Part shown: piece by piece, positions 27,747 to 38,435 of the stretch
How the letters are laid out: each line of letters starts with the position of its first letter
Numbering within the stretch: position 1 is the first letter of the stretch
Assembly: GCA_012520975.1 (NCBI GenBank)
Contig: JAAYNF010000128.1
Coordinates: 12,380-76,379, forward strand
DNA length: 64,000 nucleotides
Direction: 5' to 3'
Source: Clostridiaceae bacterium
Lineage (GTDB): Bacteria > Bacillota > Clostridia > Saccharofermentanales > UBA5734
The notes under the pieces: generated by a model
What the model saw: only the letters and a program-made list of their open reading frames with translations
Told to the model about the DNA's origin: nothing
Database searches by the model: none
Position numbers and translations under genes: made by a program

Positions 27747-28901
27747 ATGAATGTAGAGTTGATTGAAGCTCTCAGGCTTTTGGAAAAAGAAAGAGGCATT
27801 GAAGCCGAGGTTTTGTTCGAAGCCATAGAAGAGGCCTTGGTGTCGGCATATAAACGTGAATTTGATGCCAAGACAACCGAGAACATCCGGGCGGAAATCG
27901 ATCGCGAAACAGGGGAAATGAAAGTGTTTTTAACCAAAACTGTTGTGGATACGGTGACGGATTTCAATGCCGAGATTTCCTTTGAGGAGGCCGTGGCCAT
28001 TTCGGAGGAATTTGAAGTCGGCGATATCCTGGAATACGAGTTAAGCCCACAGGACTTTGGTCGTTTGGCGGCGCAAACCGCCAAAAACGTCATTAATCAG
28101 AAGCTGTGCAGTGCCGAGCGTGAGCGGATTCATAATGAGTTTTCCAACCGAATCGGAGAAATTGCCGCCGGAGTCGTCCAGCGCAAGGACCGTCGCGAAG
28201 TTATCGTCGACATCGGGCGGGCCGAAGCTGTTTTGCCGTATAATGAGCAGGTTCGCCTTGATGGTTATAATTTCAACCAGCGTTTGCGTTTTTTGATCCT
28301 CAAGGTGGACGAGAAAAAGGGACGGCCGATTGTTTATGTCTCGCGCAGCCATCCAAATTTTGTTCGCAAGCTTTTTGAACAGGAGGTTCCGGAAATCGCC
28401 AGCGGTATTGTAGAAATCATGTCGGTGGCCCGTGAGGCCGGTTCCAGAACCAAAATCGCCGTTGTTTCCCGAGATAGCAATGTGGACAGCGTTGGCGCCT
28501 GTGTCGGCCAACGGGGCTTGCGCGTTCAGGCGATCATGGATGAGATGATGGGTGAAAAGATCGATATTATCGAATGGCACCCTGATATTGTTGAATTTAT
28601 CAGCAACAGTCTCAATCCGGCCAAGGTTGTTCGTGTGGATATTCAGGAAGAGGAAAAGGTCGCTCGTGTGATCGTTCCGGACCGCCAGCTTTCGCTGGCT
28701 ATCGGCCGCGAGGGGCAAAATGCGCGGCTGGCGGCTCGTTTGACCGGATGGAAAATCGACATCAAAAGCGAATCTCAGTATCGGGAGGCCATTGAAGCCG
28801 AAATCATGTCGCGATTTATCGATGCGGTGGAATCCACGGCAGCCGAAAGTGACGACCTTGAACATGAGGGGAACAACCACGTCTACGAAAACGTGGAATA
28901 A
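27747..28901 (+). CDS. nusA: transcription termination/antitermination factor NusA
   Basis: N-terminal, S1 and KH domains. '[32 protein letters not shown]'. Confidence 0.95.
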   Translation: MNVELIEALRLLEKERGIEAEVLFEAIEEALVSAYKREFDAKTTENIRAEIDRETGEMKVFLTKTVVDTVTDFNAEISFEEAVAISEEFEVGDILEYELSPQDFGRLAAQTAKNVINQKLCSAERERIHNEFSNRIGEIAAGVVQRKDRREVIVDIGRAEAVLPYNEQVRLDGYNFNQRLRFLILKVDEKKGRPIVYVSRSHPNFVRKLFEQEVPEIASGIVEIMSVAREAGSRTKIAVVSRDSNVDSVGACVGQRGLRVQAIMDEMMGEKIDIIEWHPDIVEFISNSLNPAKVVRVDIQEEEKVARVIVPDRQLSLAIGREGQNARLAARLTGWKIDIKSESQYREAIEAEIMSRFIDAVESTAAESDDLEHEGNNHVYENVE

Positions 28902-28925
28902 GGATTGCGCGGGAGGTCAACCAGC

Positions 28926-29252
28926 ATGCCTAGAAAAATTCCGCAAAGAATGTGTGTTCATTGCCGGATCATGCGACCAAAGCGCGAGTTGATCCGTCTG
29001 GTGGCCACCAAGGATGGAGTCATTTCCCTCGATCCATCGGGCAGAAAACCCGGCCGCGGCGCCTATGTGTGTCGCAGCCGCAATTGTCTGGAACAGGCAA
29101 TTCGCGCACGAAAAATAGACAGGGGACTGAAGGCCAGAATGGATGAAACAATCATTGCGGCATTGATCGCGCAAATGGAGTCTTTGGCGGTTGATTTTGA
29201 GGAGGAAGATGGCACGACAGTCGCAAACAAATCGAAAAGCTCGTTCCCTTGA
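28926..29252 (+). CDS. ylxR: YlxR (DUF448) RNA-binding protein
   Basis: 'RKIPQRMCVHCRIMRPKRELIRLV'. ATG 28926 lies 9 nt after GGAGG. Conserved position after nusA. Confidence 0.8.
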   Translation: MPRKIPQRMCVHCRIMRPKRELIRLVATKDGVISLDPSGRKPGRGAYVCRSRNCLEQAIRARKIDRGLKARMDETIIAALIAQMESLAVDFEEEDGTTVANKSKSSFP

Positions 29253-29622
29253 ACAGGCAGAGCCCGAGGCCGTTTGGCGAATGTTGGGCCTGGCTGCCAG
29301 AGCCGGCCGCGTGGTGATCGGCGCAGAGGGCGCAGCCAAAGCCGTACGGCGTCAAAAAGCGCAATTGGTGATTCTGGCAGCCGATGCGGCAAATGATACG
29401 GCCCAAAAGGCCAAAAGGCTATGCCGAAGAGCCGGTGTGCCGTTCCGGCAATTTGGCACAAAAAACGAAATAGGCCATTGGACCGGTCATACAGCAAGAG
29501 CGATTGTGGCTGTCCTGGATGATGGTTTTGGCCGTCGCCTGACGACGTTGATTGATCAAATTATTGAACCGGCCGGCCCAAATCGGCAAACGGATGATGT
29601 GAATACAACACTTGGAGGTTAA
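29209..29622 (+). CDS. ylxQ: L7Ae-family RNA-binding protein (YlxQ-like)
   Basis: 'LGLAARAGRVVIGAEGAAKAVRRQKAQLVILAADAANDT'. The start is uncertain: 29209 follows GAGGAGG, with 29281 as the alternative. Confidence 0.7.
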   Translation: MARQSQTNRKARSLEQAEPEAVWRMLGLAARAGRVVIGAEGAAKAVRRQKAQLVILAADAANDTAQKAKRLCRRAGVPFRQFGTKNEIGHWTGHTARAIVAVLDDGFGRRLTTLIDQIIEPAGPNRQTDDVNTTLGG

Positions 29623-29634
29623 GGTAGAGATATT

Positions 29635-32424
29635 ATGGCGAAAAAAGACGATGCAGGATCCGGACTGAGAGCAGGGTTTATCCGTAGTGACGGGCCTCCT
29701 CAGCCCCCTAAAAAGAAAAAACCGGAAGGGTCCGAGCAAAAGGTTGCCGCTCCGACACTTCCGCCTGCCGAAACCAAACCGGCCGATCCGAAAGAGGTGA
29801 CCGGCCCAACAATAACCATGCGGGGTGTTTCCGGAAAAAAAATAACCGGCGCCGTCAAGGTTATTAAGGCTGCCAAAGCCGCCAAGCCGGTGGAAAAAAA
29901 GACCGATCCGGAGAGCGAGAAAAAAGTCGATGTCGAGGTTGCTTCAATACCGGAGGATTCGAAACAAAACATTCCGGCGGCCAAGGGCAAAGCGGTCAAA
30001 GATCCCAAAGCCCCCAAGGTTGCGCAACCTGCGGAGGTTGCTGAGGTGGATGTCAAACCGAAAAAAACGGTTGCCAAAACCAAAGTTCAGCCCGAAGCCG
30101 AGCAACCCGCCGAACCACCTCGGTCTCAGCCGCGCTCGCTTGTCTCCCCCGGGCAAACCGGGCCCCGGCCACGACGTCCGCAAAGCGGTCTTGGTGATCT
30201 GCCCCAAAGCCAACGGGCACCCGGTCAAGGGGGCAGTTTTACGCCGCGCTCCCAAAGTGATCATCCCCAGAGCTCACGGCAGCCGTCGGGTCGCGACGTG
30301 AGTGCTCGTGACGGCGCTCCTGTCGGTCGTCCGTCGAGCTCCCGCCCCCCTCGTCTGAAAATTCCCGATATTCCGGAGGAGCTGATCGAGAAACTTCCCG
30401 ATTCACCCAGAGCACGCGACTCATTCGGCCGGGATGGCAAACGTGATGAACGTCGTGAACCCAGAAAAGAAACCGGTCGGACAGCGGCTGATACCCGAGA
30501 TAAGCACCGAGCATTCAGGCAGCAGGCGCAAGCCATGTCCGGTCGGGGTGTCAATGCCGCCCTGTCCGATGAAGCATTGCTTGAAACCTTCTATCGAGAT
30601 TCCGGCAAGGGGAGAGGACGAGGCGGCCGCAGTCGCCGCAGCCCAAAACCGGCGCCGGTGGTTCGTGCGGTCTTGACCCATGTGGTTTTGCCCGAAACAT
30701 TGACCGTTAAGGAATTCGCCGAAGCCATCAAAAAAACCTCCGCTGAGGTCATTAAAAAATTGATCAAACTTGGCATTATGGCCACGGTCAATCAGCAAAT
30801 CGACTTTGATACCGCGACGATTGTTGCCGAGGAATTTGATATCACAACCGAAAAATTGATCGAGGTGACCGAAGAGGAAATTCTCTTTGATGAATCGGAG
30901 GATTTGGAAGCCGATCTGAAGCCGCGTCCACCTGTTGTTGTGGTCATGGGTCACGTTGACCATGGAAAAACGTCGATACTCGACCGAATCAGGTCGGCTT
31001 CGGTTGTTGAAGACGAAGCCGGAGGCATCACGCAGCATATCGGCGCTTACACCGTACAGGTCAAGGGGCGTCAAATCACCTTCCTAGACACACCCGGTCA
31101 TGAGGCCTTCACAACCATGCGGGCCCGTGGGGCACAGGTCACCGACGTGGCGATCTTGGTTGTCGCGGCGGATGACGGCGTCATGCCGCAAACCATCGAA
31201 GCCATCAACCATGCCAAGGCGGCCGACATCCAAATTATTGTCGCCATTAATAAAATTGACAAAGCAGATATCAACATCGACCGCGTTAAACAGGAGTTGG
31301 CGACCCACGACCTGATTCCCGAGGAATGGGGCGGAACAACGGTTATGGTACCGGTTTCCGCCAAAACCGGCCAAGGCATGGATGAGCTGTTGGAAATGGT
31401 CTTGCTGACCGCGGATATCCTTGATCTCAAAGCCAATCCGGACAAGCAGGCCAAGGGTACCGTCATCGAAGCACAATTGGATCGAAATCGCGGCCCGGTG
31501 GCCACTGTCCTCGTGCAAAGAGGCACACTCAGCATCGGCGATACGCTGGTAGTAGGATCCATTATTGGCAATGTTCGTGCCATGGCCAATGATAAGGGTA
31601 GTCAAGTCAAGAGCGCCGGTCCCTCGATACCGGTTGAAATTCTCGGTATGCCGGAAGTTCCGGAAGCCGGTGAAATCTTCTATGCGGTCACCGATGACAA
31701 AGTGGCGCGCGCACTGGCCGAACGCCGGCGGACCGAGCAGCGCGAACAACAGCTGCGCAGCAGTTCACGTATGTCGCTGGATACTTTGTTTACTCAGATA
31801 GCAGCCGGTGAAGTCAAGGATTTCAACATTATTGTCAAGGCCGACGTCCAAGGCAGTGTCGAAGCTGTTCGACAAGCCCTGGAAAAATTGACAAGTCCGG
31901 AGGTGCGGATCAATATTATTCATGGCGCGGTCGGCGCAATTACCGAATCCGATGTTCGGTTGGCCGAGGTTTCCAATGCGATTGTTATTGGCTTTAATGT
32001 CCGGCCGGCGGCAAATGTTGCGGATATGGCCAAGGAAACCGGAGTTGATCTTCGGATGTATCGGGTCATTTATCATGCGATCGAGGACATAGAAGCCGCC
32101 ATGAAAGGTCTGCTGGCACCGCAATTTGAGGAAACCATTCTTGGTCATGCCGAGGTGCGGCAGGTGTTCCGGGTCAGCGGAGTCGGGAGTGTTGCCGGCT
32201 GCTATGTCACCGACGGCAAGATCCACCGTTCCTCGGAAGTTCGCATTGTCCGGGATGGCATTGTTGTCCATGAAGGCAAACTGGCATCTCTCCGTCGCTT
32301 CAAAGACGATGTTCGAGAAGTGGCCGCGGGCTATGAATGCGGCATGGGTATCGAACGTTTCAACGACATTAAAGAGAATGACATCATTGAGGCTTTCGAG
32401 ATGACTGAAATTGAAAGGGGTTGA
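29635..32424 (+). CDS. infB: translation initiation factor IF-2
   Basis: G-domain motifs 'GHVDHGKTS', 'DTPGHEAF' and 'NKIDK'. 929 aa with a long K/P/A/E- and R/S/P-rich N-terminus. Confidence 0.95.
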   Translation: MAKKDDAGSGLRAGFIRSDGPPQPPKKKKPEGSEQKVAAPTLPPAETKPADPKEVTGPTITMRGVSGKKITGAVKVIKAAKAAKPVEKKTDPESEKKVDVEVASIPEDSKQNIPAAKGKAVKDPKAPKVAQPAEVAEVDVKPKKTVAKTKVQPEAEQPAEPPRSQPRSLVSPGQTGPRPRRPQSGLGDLPQSQRAPGQGGSFTPRSQSDHPQSSRQPSGRDVSARDGAPVGRPSSSRPPRLKIPDIPEELIEKLPDSPRARDSFGRDGKRDERREPRKETGRTAADTRDKHRAFRQQAQAMSGRGVNAALSDEALLETFYRDSGKGRGRGGRSRRSPKPAPVVRAVLTHVVLPETLTVKEFAEAIKKTSAEVIKKLIKLGIMATVNQQIDFDTATIVAEEFDITTEKLIEVTEEEILFDESEDLEADLKPRPPVVVVMGHVDHGKTSILDRIRSASVVEDEAGGITQHIGAYTVQVKGRQITFLDTPGHEAFTTMRARGAQVTDVAILVVAADDGVMPQTIEAINHAKAADIQIIVAINKIDKADINIDRVKQELATHDLIPEEWGGTTVMVPVSAKTGQGMDELLEMVLLTADILDLKANPDKQAKGTVIEAQLDRNRGPVATVLVQRGTLSIGDTLVVGSIIGNVRAMANDKGSQVKSAGPSIPVEILGMPEVPEAGEIFYAVTDDKVARALAERRRTEQREQQLRSSSRMSLDTLFTQIAAGEVKDFNIIVKADVQGSVEAVRQALEKLTSPEVRINIIHGAVGAITESDVRLAEVSNAIVIGFNVRPAANVADMAKETGVDLRMYRVIYHAIEDIEAAMKGLLAPQFEETILGHAEVRQVFRVSGVGSVAGCYVTDGKIHRSSEVRIVRDGIVVHEGKLASLRRFKDDVREVAAGYECGMGIERFNDIKENDIIEAFEMTEIERG

Positions 32425-32786
32425 TCGGTCTGCGACGTTCAGATCGGGTCGGCGACGAAATCAGGCGAGTGGTTGCCGACATTATTCAAAATGAGATCAA
32501 GGATCCGCGACTGCCTCCTATGGTTTCGGTTGTGGAGGTTCGTATGTCACGCGATCTGTCCCACGCTTACCTTTATATCAGCGTGATGGGCGATGAGCAG
32601 GTCAGAAAGGACTGTGAGGCTGCTCTAAGCAGCGCTTCAGGCTACATTCGCCGTGCATTGACCAGCCGCGTCCGCCTGCGGATCGCGCCGGAGCTTCATT
32701 TTATCATTGATCATTCCATCGAACACGGTGCCCGGATGATTCGCCTGATCGATGAGGCGATCGGAGGTTCCCAAAAAGATGACTGA
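32421..32786 (+). CDS. rbfA: ribosome-binding factor A
   Basis: '[23 protein letters not shown]'. TTG start in a TTGA overlap with the infB stop. Confidence 0.9.
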   Translation: MIGLRRSDRVGDEIRRVVADIIQNEIKDPRLPPMVSVVEVRMSRDLSHAYLYISVMGDEQVRKDCEAALSSASGYIRRALTSRVRLRIAPELHFIIDHSIEHGARMIRLIDEAIGGSQKDD

Positions 32787-33792
32787 ATTGGACAGCATCA
32801 GCCAGCTGGCCGATCGGTTGCTTGCAGCCGAGCACATAGCGGGTTCAATCTTTCTCTATCCGCACGTCAGCATTGACGGCGATGCTCTCGGCTCAATGCT
32901 TGCTCTGGCCAATGCCCTCGGTCAGCTTAACATCAGAGTCCGCATGCCTTTTGATGAGGAAATATCCGACCGTTTGCTCTTTTTACCCGAGCTGGATCGG
33001 CTGGAACCCTTTGATGAGTCTTTGGTTGCCGAGCTGGCTTCGGATCAACAATTCGCCTTGCTGGTGGATTGTTCGGATAGCGGACGAATAGGGCGTCTCA
33101 AGGCATTGAGTGATTTGGCCCCGCAAATCGGTGTCATTGATCATCATGTTTCCGGCGGGCAATCCGGATTTCTCCGTTGGATTGACCCAACGGCCGCTGC
33201 GGTCGGCGAAATGGTCTATGATCTGATTGTGGAACTGGAAAAACGCACGGGCCGTTCCTTGTTCAACCAAACCATAGGTGTTTTGCTGATGACCGCCATT
33301 GTCTCGGACACAGGAGGCTTTGCTTTTTCCAATGTGTCGGCCCGGACGTTCCGTACAGCTGCCGCTCTGATGAAAAATGACATTGACCTGAGAACAATTA
33401 CCTATTATTTGTTTGATCTGACCAGTCAGGAACGTATGCGTCTGATGGGCCGCGTGTTTACCGACGCTCAATTTCATTATCGCGGCCGTCTGGCGATAGC
33501 TCTTGTTGACCAAGAGCTGATTAATTCTTGTGGTGCCAGCGACGCGGATTTGGAAGGTGTGATCGGGCATTTGCGGAATGTGGCCGGTGTTGAAGCAGCA
33601 TTTTTGATCCGAGAATTACCGGGTCAAGACCTGCGAGTCAATATCCGAAGCAGTGAAGCATTCAATGCGGCGGAATTTGCCCGCTTGTTTGGCGGCGGCG
33701 GTCATCCTCGAGCCGCCGGCCTGCAATTTGAGCCGATGCCCTTGGATAAAGCCGCAGCTTTGATTATCAATAAGGCAGGTGAATGGCTGTAG
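32779..33792 (+). CDS. DHH/DHHA1-family phosphoesterase (NrnA-like)
   Basis: 'DGDALGS', 'VIDHHVSG' and 'FGGGGHPRAAG'. ATG 32779 overlaps the rbfA end by 8 nt. Confidence 0.8.
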   Translation: MTELDSISQLADRLLAAEHIAGSIFLYPHVSIDGDALGSMLALANALGQLNIRVRMPFDEEISDRLLFLPELDRLEPFDESLVAELASDQQFALLVDCSDSGRIGRLKALSDLAPQIGVIDHHVSGGQSGFLRWIDPTAAAVGEMVYDLIVELEKRTGRSLFNQTIGVLLMTAIVSDTGGFAFSNVSARTFRTAAALMKNDIDLRTITYYLFDLTSQERMRLMGRVFTDAQFHYRGRLAIALVDQELINSCGASDADLEGVIGHLRNVAGVEAAFLIRELPGQDLRVNIRSSEAFNAAEFARLFGGGGHPRAAGLQFEPMPLDKAAALIINKAGEWL

Positions 33793-34838
33793 GCAGAACT
33801 ACGGCAATCAGATCAGGTATTTTATTGATAGACAAACCCCGCGGGATGACATCTTTCGGGGTCATTTCACGTTTGCGAAAACTGACCGGTATTCGTCGGA
33901 TCGGGCATACAGGAACGCTGGATCCTTTTGCCGAAGGCCTTCTTCCTGTTTGTATCGGCCGCGCGACCGTTGCGGTCCAGTTTATGAGCAATTATGATAA
34001 ACAATACATCCTGGGTATCGAATTCGGACGGTCGACAGACACACAGGATTTGACCGGCACGACCATCCATACAAAATCTCTTAGCCCGGCCGAACAAGCC
34101 GAGCTGATTGCCTCTGATTTTAAGCCGATACGTGAAGCGATAGACACACTTCGAGGTGATCATTTCCAGATTCCACCGATGTATTCAGCCGTCAAGATAG
34201 ATGGCCGGCCGCTCTACGATTACGCCCGTAGCGGCCGGAAGGTCGAACGCCCGGCCCGGGCGGTCAGTATCAAAGAGGTGGTTGTTGAGAAAATCGGTCT
34301 GGAAGACGGCATTCTTCGTGCCGTTATACGGGTTGATTGCTCAAAAGGCACCTATATGCGCACCTTGGCCGACGATCTGGGGAAACAGACGGGCCATTAC
34401 GCCCATGCAACCACACTTGTTCGCAGCCGATGCGGACCGTTTGAGCTGGCAGATGCCGTGAATCTGGAACAGTTGTTTGACTGGAGTCGGCAAGGTATCG
34501 ATCAGCAGTCCTTTATGACATTTCTGCACGACAAAGGTTTGCTCTTAGACATCAGTCGGGCATTTGATTTTTTCCCGGCTTGTGATCTGCCTGCCGATCT
34601 GGCGGGGAAATTGATATCCGGGCAAACCCTTGCTCTTTCCGAGGATTTTTTGCTGAAAAGCCAACAACTTTCTTGGGCCAACCGTCCGGAGCTGATTCCG
34701 GCAAATGGTCAAAGGCTGGTCTTCTACAGTTGCGGTCAGCTGATTTGCGTTGCCCGACTGGAGGAAATCCAACCGGCATTTTACCGGATTAAAACCGAAA
34801 GGGTGTTGATTGACCTTGCTGATTTTCGACAATCCTGA
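33783..34838 (+). CDS. truB: tRNA pseudouridine(55) synthase
   Basis: 'GMTSFGVISRLRK..IGHTGTLDPFAEGLLPV' with the catalytic Asp motif. 351 aa. Confidence 0.9.
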   Translation: MAVGRTTAIRSGILLIDKPRGMTSFGVISRLRKLTGIRRIGHTGTLDPFAEGLLPVCIGRATVAVQFMSNYDKQYILGIEFGRSTDTQDLTGTTIHTKSLSPAEQAELIASDFKPIREAIDTLRGDHFQIPPMYSAVKIDGRPLYDYARSGRKVERPARAVSIKEVVVEKIGLEDGILRAVIRVDCSKGTYMRTLADDLGKQTGHYAHATTLVRSRCGPFELADAVNLEQLFDWSRQGIDQQSFMTFLHDKGLLLDISRAFDFFPACDLPADLAGKLISGQTLALSEDFLLKSQQLSWANRPELIPANGQRLVFYSCGQLICVARLEEIQPAFYRIKTERVLIDLADFRQS

Positions 34839-37086
34839 GCATACCGTTGCCTGTCATCCACGAGGCATAGGCCTTGGTTTTTTCGACGGCGTCCACCGTG
34901 GTCACTTGGAGCTTCTGCGCACCTTGGTTTTCGAGAGCAACCGTATGGGTATCGTACCGGCGGTTCTTACTTTTCCCGATCGTCCGGAAAGTGTTCTGAG
35001 ACCGGATGATTCTTTCAACGGGTACCTTTGCGATCTGGAGGATCGGTTGGCTTTGCTTTCAGACTGCGGGATCGGTGAAACCCACCTTTTGACTTTTGAT
35101 CAAACTTTTGCCGCGATCAGCCCGATTGACTTTTTGCACAATTACTTGGGAAAAAGACTCCGGGCCAAGTTGGTTGTCGTGGGTCATGATTATCGATTCG
35201 GCCGTGGCGGGGCGGGTAATGTTGAGCTTTTGCGAAAATGGGCAGAGGACAATCAAGTTCGACTCATTGTGGTCGAGCAGGTCAAACAGGGAGGAGATCG
35301 TATTTCTAGCTCCCGTCTTCGGGAATTGATTGTCCAAGGTAAGGTGGATGAGGCTATAAGTTTGTTGGGGCGCCCATACAGCCTGCGTGGAAAGGTCATC
35401 CAAGGCCGCCGTCTGGGGAGTAGACTCGGGTTCCCGACCGCCAACATATCAATTTTGCCATTTCTGGCCTGTCCAGCGCATGGCGTTTATGCCACCAGAA
35501 CCCGTGTGGATGGACGGACATACGATTCAATTACTAATGTTGGCCTTAGACCTACTGTCGATGAGGCCGCCAAGTGTCCCTTGGCTGAAACCTATTTATA
35601 TGATACGAATCAAACGCTTTACGGTCGTGACATTCATATTGATTTTTTGCAAAGAATTCGGCCGGAAATGCAGTTTGAATCGATTCGTCAGCTGGTCGAG
35701 CAGGTCAACGCCGACCTAAAGCAGGTTCGGCAATGGCACCGCGAATCGGAGTTGTGCCACGAAAAGGCCAGAATTTCCGGTGTGCCGGTTTATGTTTTAC
35801 CCACCGACCGATTCGCGCAGGCCGCCATTTACTTTGTTTTCTATTTGCCGTTAAAAAAGCGGCAGGCGGCGAGCATGGCACTTCTTTCCCGTGTTCTGAC
35901 GTCATCCTGCCGGCGATACCCAAGCAGGATCCTGTTGGCTAGGGCCCTCGACGGTCTATACGGAGCCACCCTCGAATCCAACCAGGAGAGACAAGGGGAT
36001 CTTCAGCTCATTACATTTTCCGCCGGTGCTTTACGGCGTTGGAACGACGATTCGTCACCCTTTTCTGCGGTCTGCGATCTTCTTTTTGATGTGCTTTTAG
36101 ATCCCTTGCTCGATGAAGAAGGCCTGTTTTATGAGGATATCGTTGAAGCCGAGCGTCAGAACCTGATGATGGAATTGTCCGCACGCGAAAATGACCGGGC
36201 GAAATTCGCTTTTGATCGCTGCCTGGAAATGTTTTGCGGAGACCGGCCCCAAGGTCTGTCGCCATATGGTGACCTTGAATCTTTGCAAACGATTTCGCGC
36301 CAAGAGCTGGCCAAGGCATATCAGACACTCTTGTCGCAGTGCAGTGCTTCGATTTATCTGGGCGGATCAATAGACGCTGACCTGCTGGAAGCCTGTCTGG
36401 CCAGAATCAGACAACTGCCGGTTGGCGAAAGGGTAAAAGTTCGTCCGTCTGAACGACCATCGCCCTTCGATCCGGCTGAGCCGTCCGCCGGCCTGGAAAA
36501 GAGGATGGTGGAGCAAGCCAGAATCGTACTGGCTTATCAAGGGCTGCCACCTTACTTTAGCCATCGCACCATTGCTGCAACCTTTTTGAACAGCATGTTG
36601 GGCGGCGATGCGCATTCGTTGCTCTTTGATGTCGTCCGAGAAAAAATGGGTTTGGCTTACAGCGTGTTTTCTTCGCATCTACGTAGTTTGTCGGCGATGT
36701 TTATCATGGCGGGCGTGACCCCGGAGAAAGTGAATGATGCACTGAAGGCAATCCAAGATCAGCTTAGCAGATTGACGATCGGCGATTTTGACAGGTCCTT
36801 GTTTGAACGAACCGCCCGCATGATTGAAACCGGGATTCTTTCGGTCAACGATGATCTTTCGTCCATGCTGGCTCATCAAATGTATGGGCACCTATACGGC
36901 CGACTAATGAATCGGAAAGAATCTCTGGATGCTTTACGGTCGGTGACCCCCGAGGAGGTCTCGCAAATGGCATCAGGTTTGCGGTTGGTGACATGCTATG
37001 TTCTGACCGGAATGGATTCGGACTTCGATTTAACCTCTGCCGGATTATTCGATGATTTTGAAGAAGTTAATGAGGCGCAGAAATGA
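34810..37086 (+). CDS. ribF: fusion protein: bifunctional riboflavin kinase/FMN adenylyltransferase (aa 1 to about 310) plus a non-catalytic M16 (pitrilysin) peptidase-like domain (about aa 320-758)
   Basis: 'GFFDGVHRGH' and 'GFPTANI' RibF motifs are followed, with no stop, by 'GVPVYVLPTDRF...', an M16-like region that has 'AASMALLSRVL' where HxxEH would be. TTG start 7 nt after GAAAGGG. Confidence 0.8.
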   Translation: MTLLIFDNPEHTVACHPRGIGLGFFDGVHRGHLELLRTLVFESNRMGIVPAVLTFPDRPESVLRPDDSFNGYLCDLEDRLALLSDCGIGETHLLTFDQTFAAISPIDFLHNYLGKRLRAKLVVVGHDYRFGRGGAGNVELLRKWAEDNQVRLIVVEQVKQGGDRISSSRLRELIVQGKVDEAISLLGRPYSLRGKVIQGRRLGSRLGFPTANISILPFLACPAHGVYATRTRVDGRTYDSITNVGLRPTVDEAAKCPLAETYLYDTNQTLYGRDIHIDFLQRIRPEMQFESIRQLVEQVNADLKQVRQWHRESELCHEKARISGVPVYVLPTDRFAQAAIYFVFYLPLKKRQAASMALLSRVLTSSCRRYPSRILLARALDGLYGATLESNQERQGDLQLITFSAGALRRWNDDSSPFSAVCDLLFDVLLDPLLDEEGLFYEDIVEAERQNLMMELSARENDRAKFAFDRCLEMFCGDRPQGLSPYGDLESLQTISRQELAKAYQTLLSQCSASIYLGGSIDADLLEACLARIRQLPVGERVKVRPSERPSPFDPAEPSAGLEKRMVEQARIVLAYQGLPPYFSHRTIAATFLNSMLGGDAHSLLFDVVREKMGLAYSVFSSHLRSLSAMFIMAGVTPEKVNDALKAIQDQLSRLTIGDFDRSLFERTARMIETGILSVNDDLSSMLAHQMYGHLYGRLMNRKESLDALRSVTPEEVSQMASGLRLVTCYVLTGMDSDFDLTSAGLFDDFEEVNEAQK

Positions 37087-38429
37087 GCAGGAGTAGCTTT
37101 GGGCCAACAACAGACAACAGCGGTTTCAGCCGCCGGACCGTGATCGATCCGCTGACCGGCAAAACACTTAGGATTCTTCGACACGAAAGCGGCCTTGTGA
37201 TTAAATTGCTGCCCCGGCCGGGCTTTAGCCGCCGCTTTGCGGCGATCACCGTGCCCTATGGCTCGATTCACACCACCTTTAATGTCGGGAACAAGACCAT
37301 TCATGTTCCGGCCGGAACCGCTCACTTTCTTGAGCACTGCATCTTCAGCCGGGACGACAACGGCGGATTATTGGGTGGTTTGGCCAGTCTAGGGGCATCG
37401 GCAAATGCCTATACCTCGCATACACACACCCTGTACTATTTCACCACCGTATATCATTTTGAACAGGCTCTGGAGCTTTATTTACAAGCCATCTTTACCC
37501 CATATCTCGAACGTGACCGCGTTGAGGCCGAAAGACCGGTTGTTTTGGCAGAAATCGACCAATATCAGGATGATCCGGATTCGCGATGCTACAACAATCT
37601 GCTGTCCGCTCTGTACTCCTGCCACCCGGTTCGTGAGGATGTCGGGGGTACGCCCGAGTCGGTCAGCCAAATCACAGATACCGATCTCAAAACGGTCTGG
37701 CGATCTTTTTACCGGTCGGATCAGATCATCCTCACCCTTTCCGGAGATCTGGATGAGGATCGATTACTGACTTTGCTGACCGGGATTCTTGAAGAAAAAA
37801 CCGCCCGACCGTCATATTCAAGACCGAAGCCTATTTTTCTTCCCGAACCTTTGTTGCCGACCTCCTCCGGCAACAGTCTGCGGATGGATGTCAAGACACC
37901 TTCATTTCTGGTCGGGTTCAAAGACTCCTCTGTCCGCCCAGGTCAGGAACTCAAAGGTCGCCGGTTGGTGACCAGGCAGCGGGGAGTGCGTCTTTATCTG
38001 AATTCCATCCTTTCGCCGGTATCGCCCCTTTACGATCGCCTTTACGGCTCCGGGCTGATTAATGATTCCTTCGGATTCCACTACAGTTGCGAAAACAACC
38101 ATGCTTTTTTGGTCTGTGGCGGTGAATCTTCGCAACCGGAACAAGCTGCTGCTGCCGTTATAGAAGGGCTGATCGATCATTTCTCCATGGAGCCGGACGA
38201 GCATTTATTCGACATTCAAAAGAGAGCCGCCGCCGGTAATTTTCTTCGTTCGCTGGATTCAGTGGAACACAGCGGTCTTGTTGAAGCTCAATGCAGCCTG
38301 CACGAGATCGACCTCTTCGATTATCCGAAAATCTATGATATGATTGACTGTGCAACCGCCCGATCCATGACGAATTTTTTGGAGAACCGGGCGGGCTACG
38401 CAGCTTCGATTCTGCAACCAGCGAGGTAA
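37083..38429 (+). CDS. M16-family zinc peptidase, predicted active subunit
   Basis: Inverted zinc motif 'HFLEH' and a downstream 'VVLAEIDQYQDDP' Glu. ATGA overlap with the fusion-gene stop. Confidence 0.8.
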   Translation: MSRSSFGPTTDNSGFSRRTVIDPLTGKTLRILRHESGLVIKLLPRPGFSRRFAAITVPYGSIHTTFNVGNKTIHVPAGTAHFLEHCIFSRDDNGGLLGGLASLGASANAYTSHTHTLYYFTTVYHFEQALELYLQAIFTPYLERDRVEAERPVVLAEIDQYQDDPDSRCYNNLLSALYSCHPVREDVGGTPESVSQITDTDLKTVWRSFYRSDQIILTLSGDLDEDRLLTLLTGILEEKTARPSYSRPKPIFLPEPLLPTSSGNSLRMDVKTPSFLVGFKDSSVRPGQELKGRRLVTRQRGVRLYLNSILSPVSPLYDRLYGSGLINDSFGFHYSCENNHAFLVCGGESSQPEQAAAAVIEGLIDHFSMEPDEHLFDIQKRAAAGNFLRSLDSVEHSGLVEAQCSLHEIDLFDYPKIYDMIDCATARSMTNFLENRAGYAASILQPAR

Positions 38430-38435
38430 CATGCA

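Noticed and set aside
29635-30900. Low-complexity K/P/A/E- and R/S/P-rich N-terminal third of IF-2, and similarly the P/S/E-rich linker of FtsZ (about 54230-54650).
   Set aside because: Variable, disordered N-terminal IF-2 regions and FtsZ C-terminal linkers are common, so this is not evidence of anything unusual.
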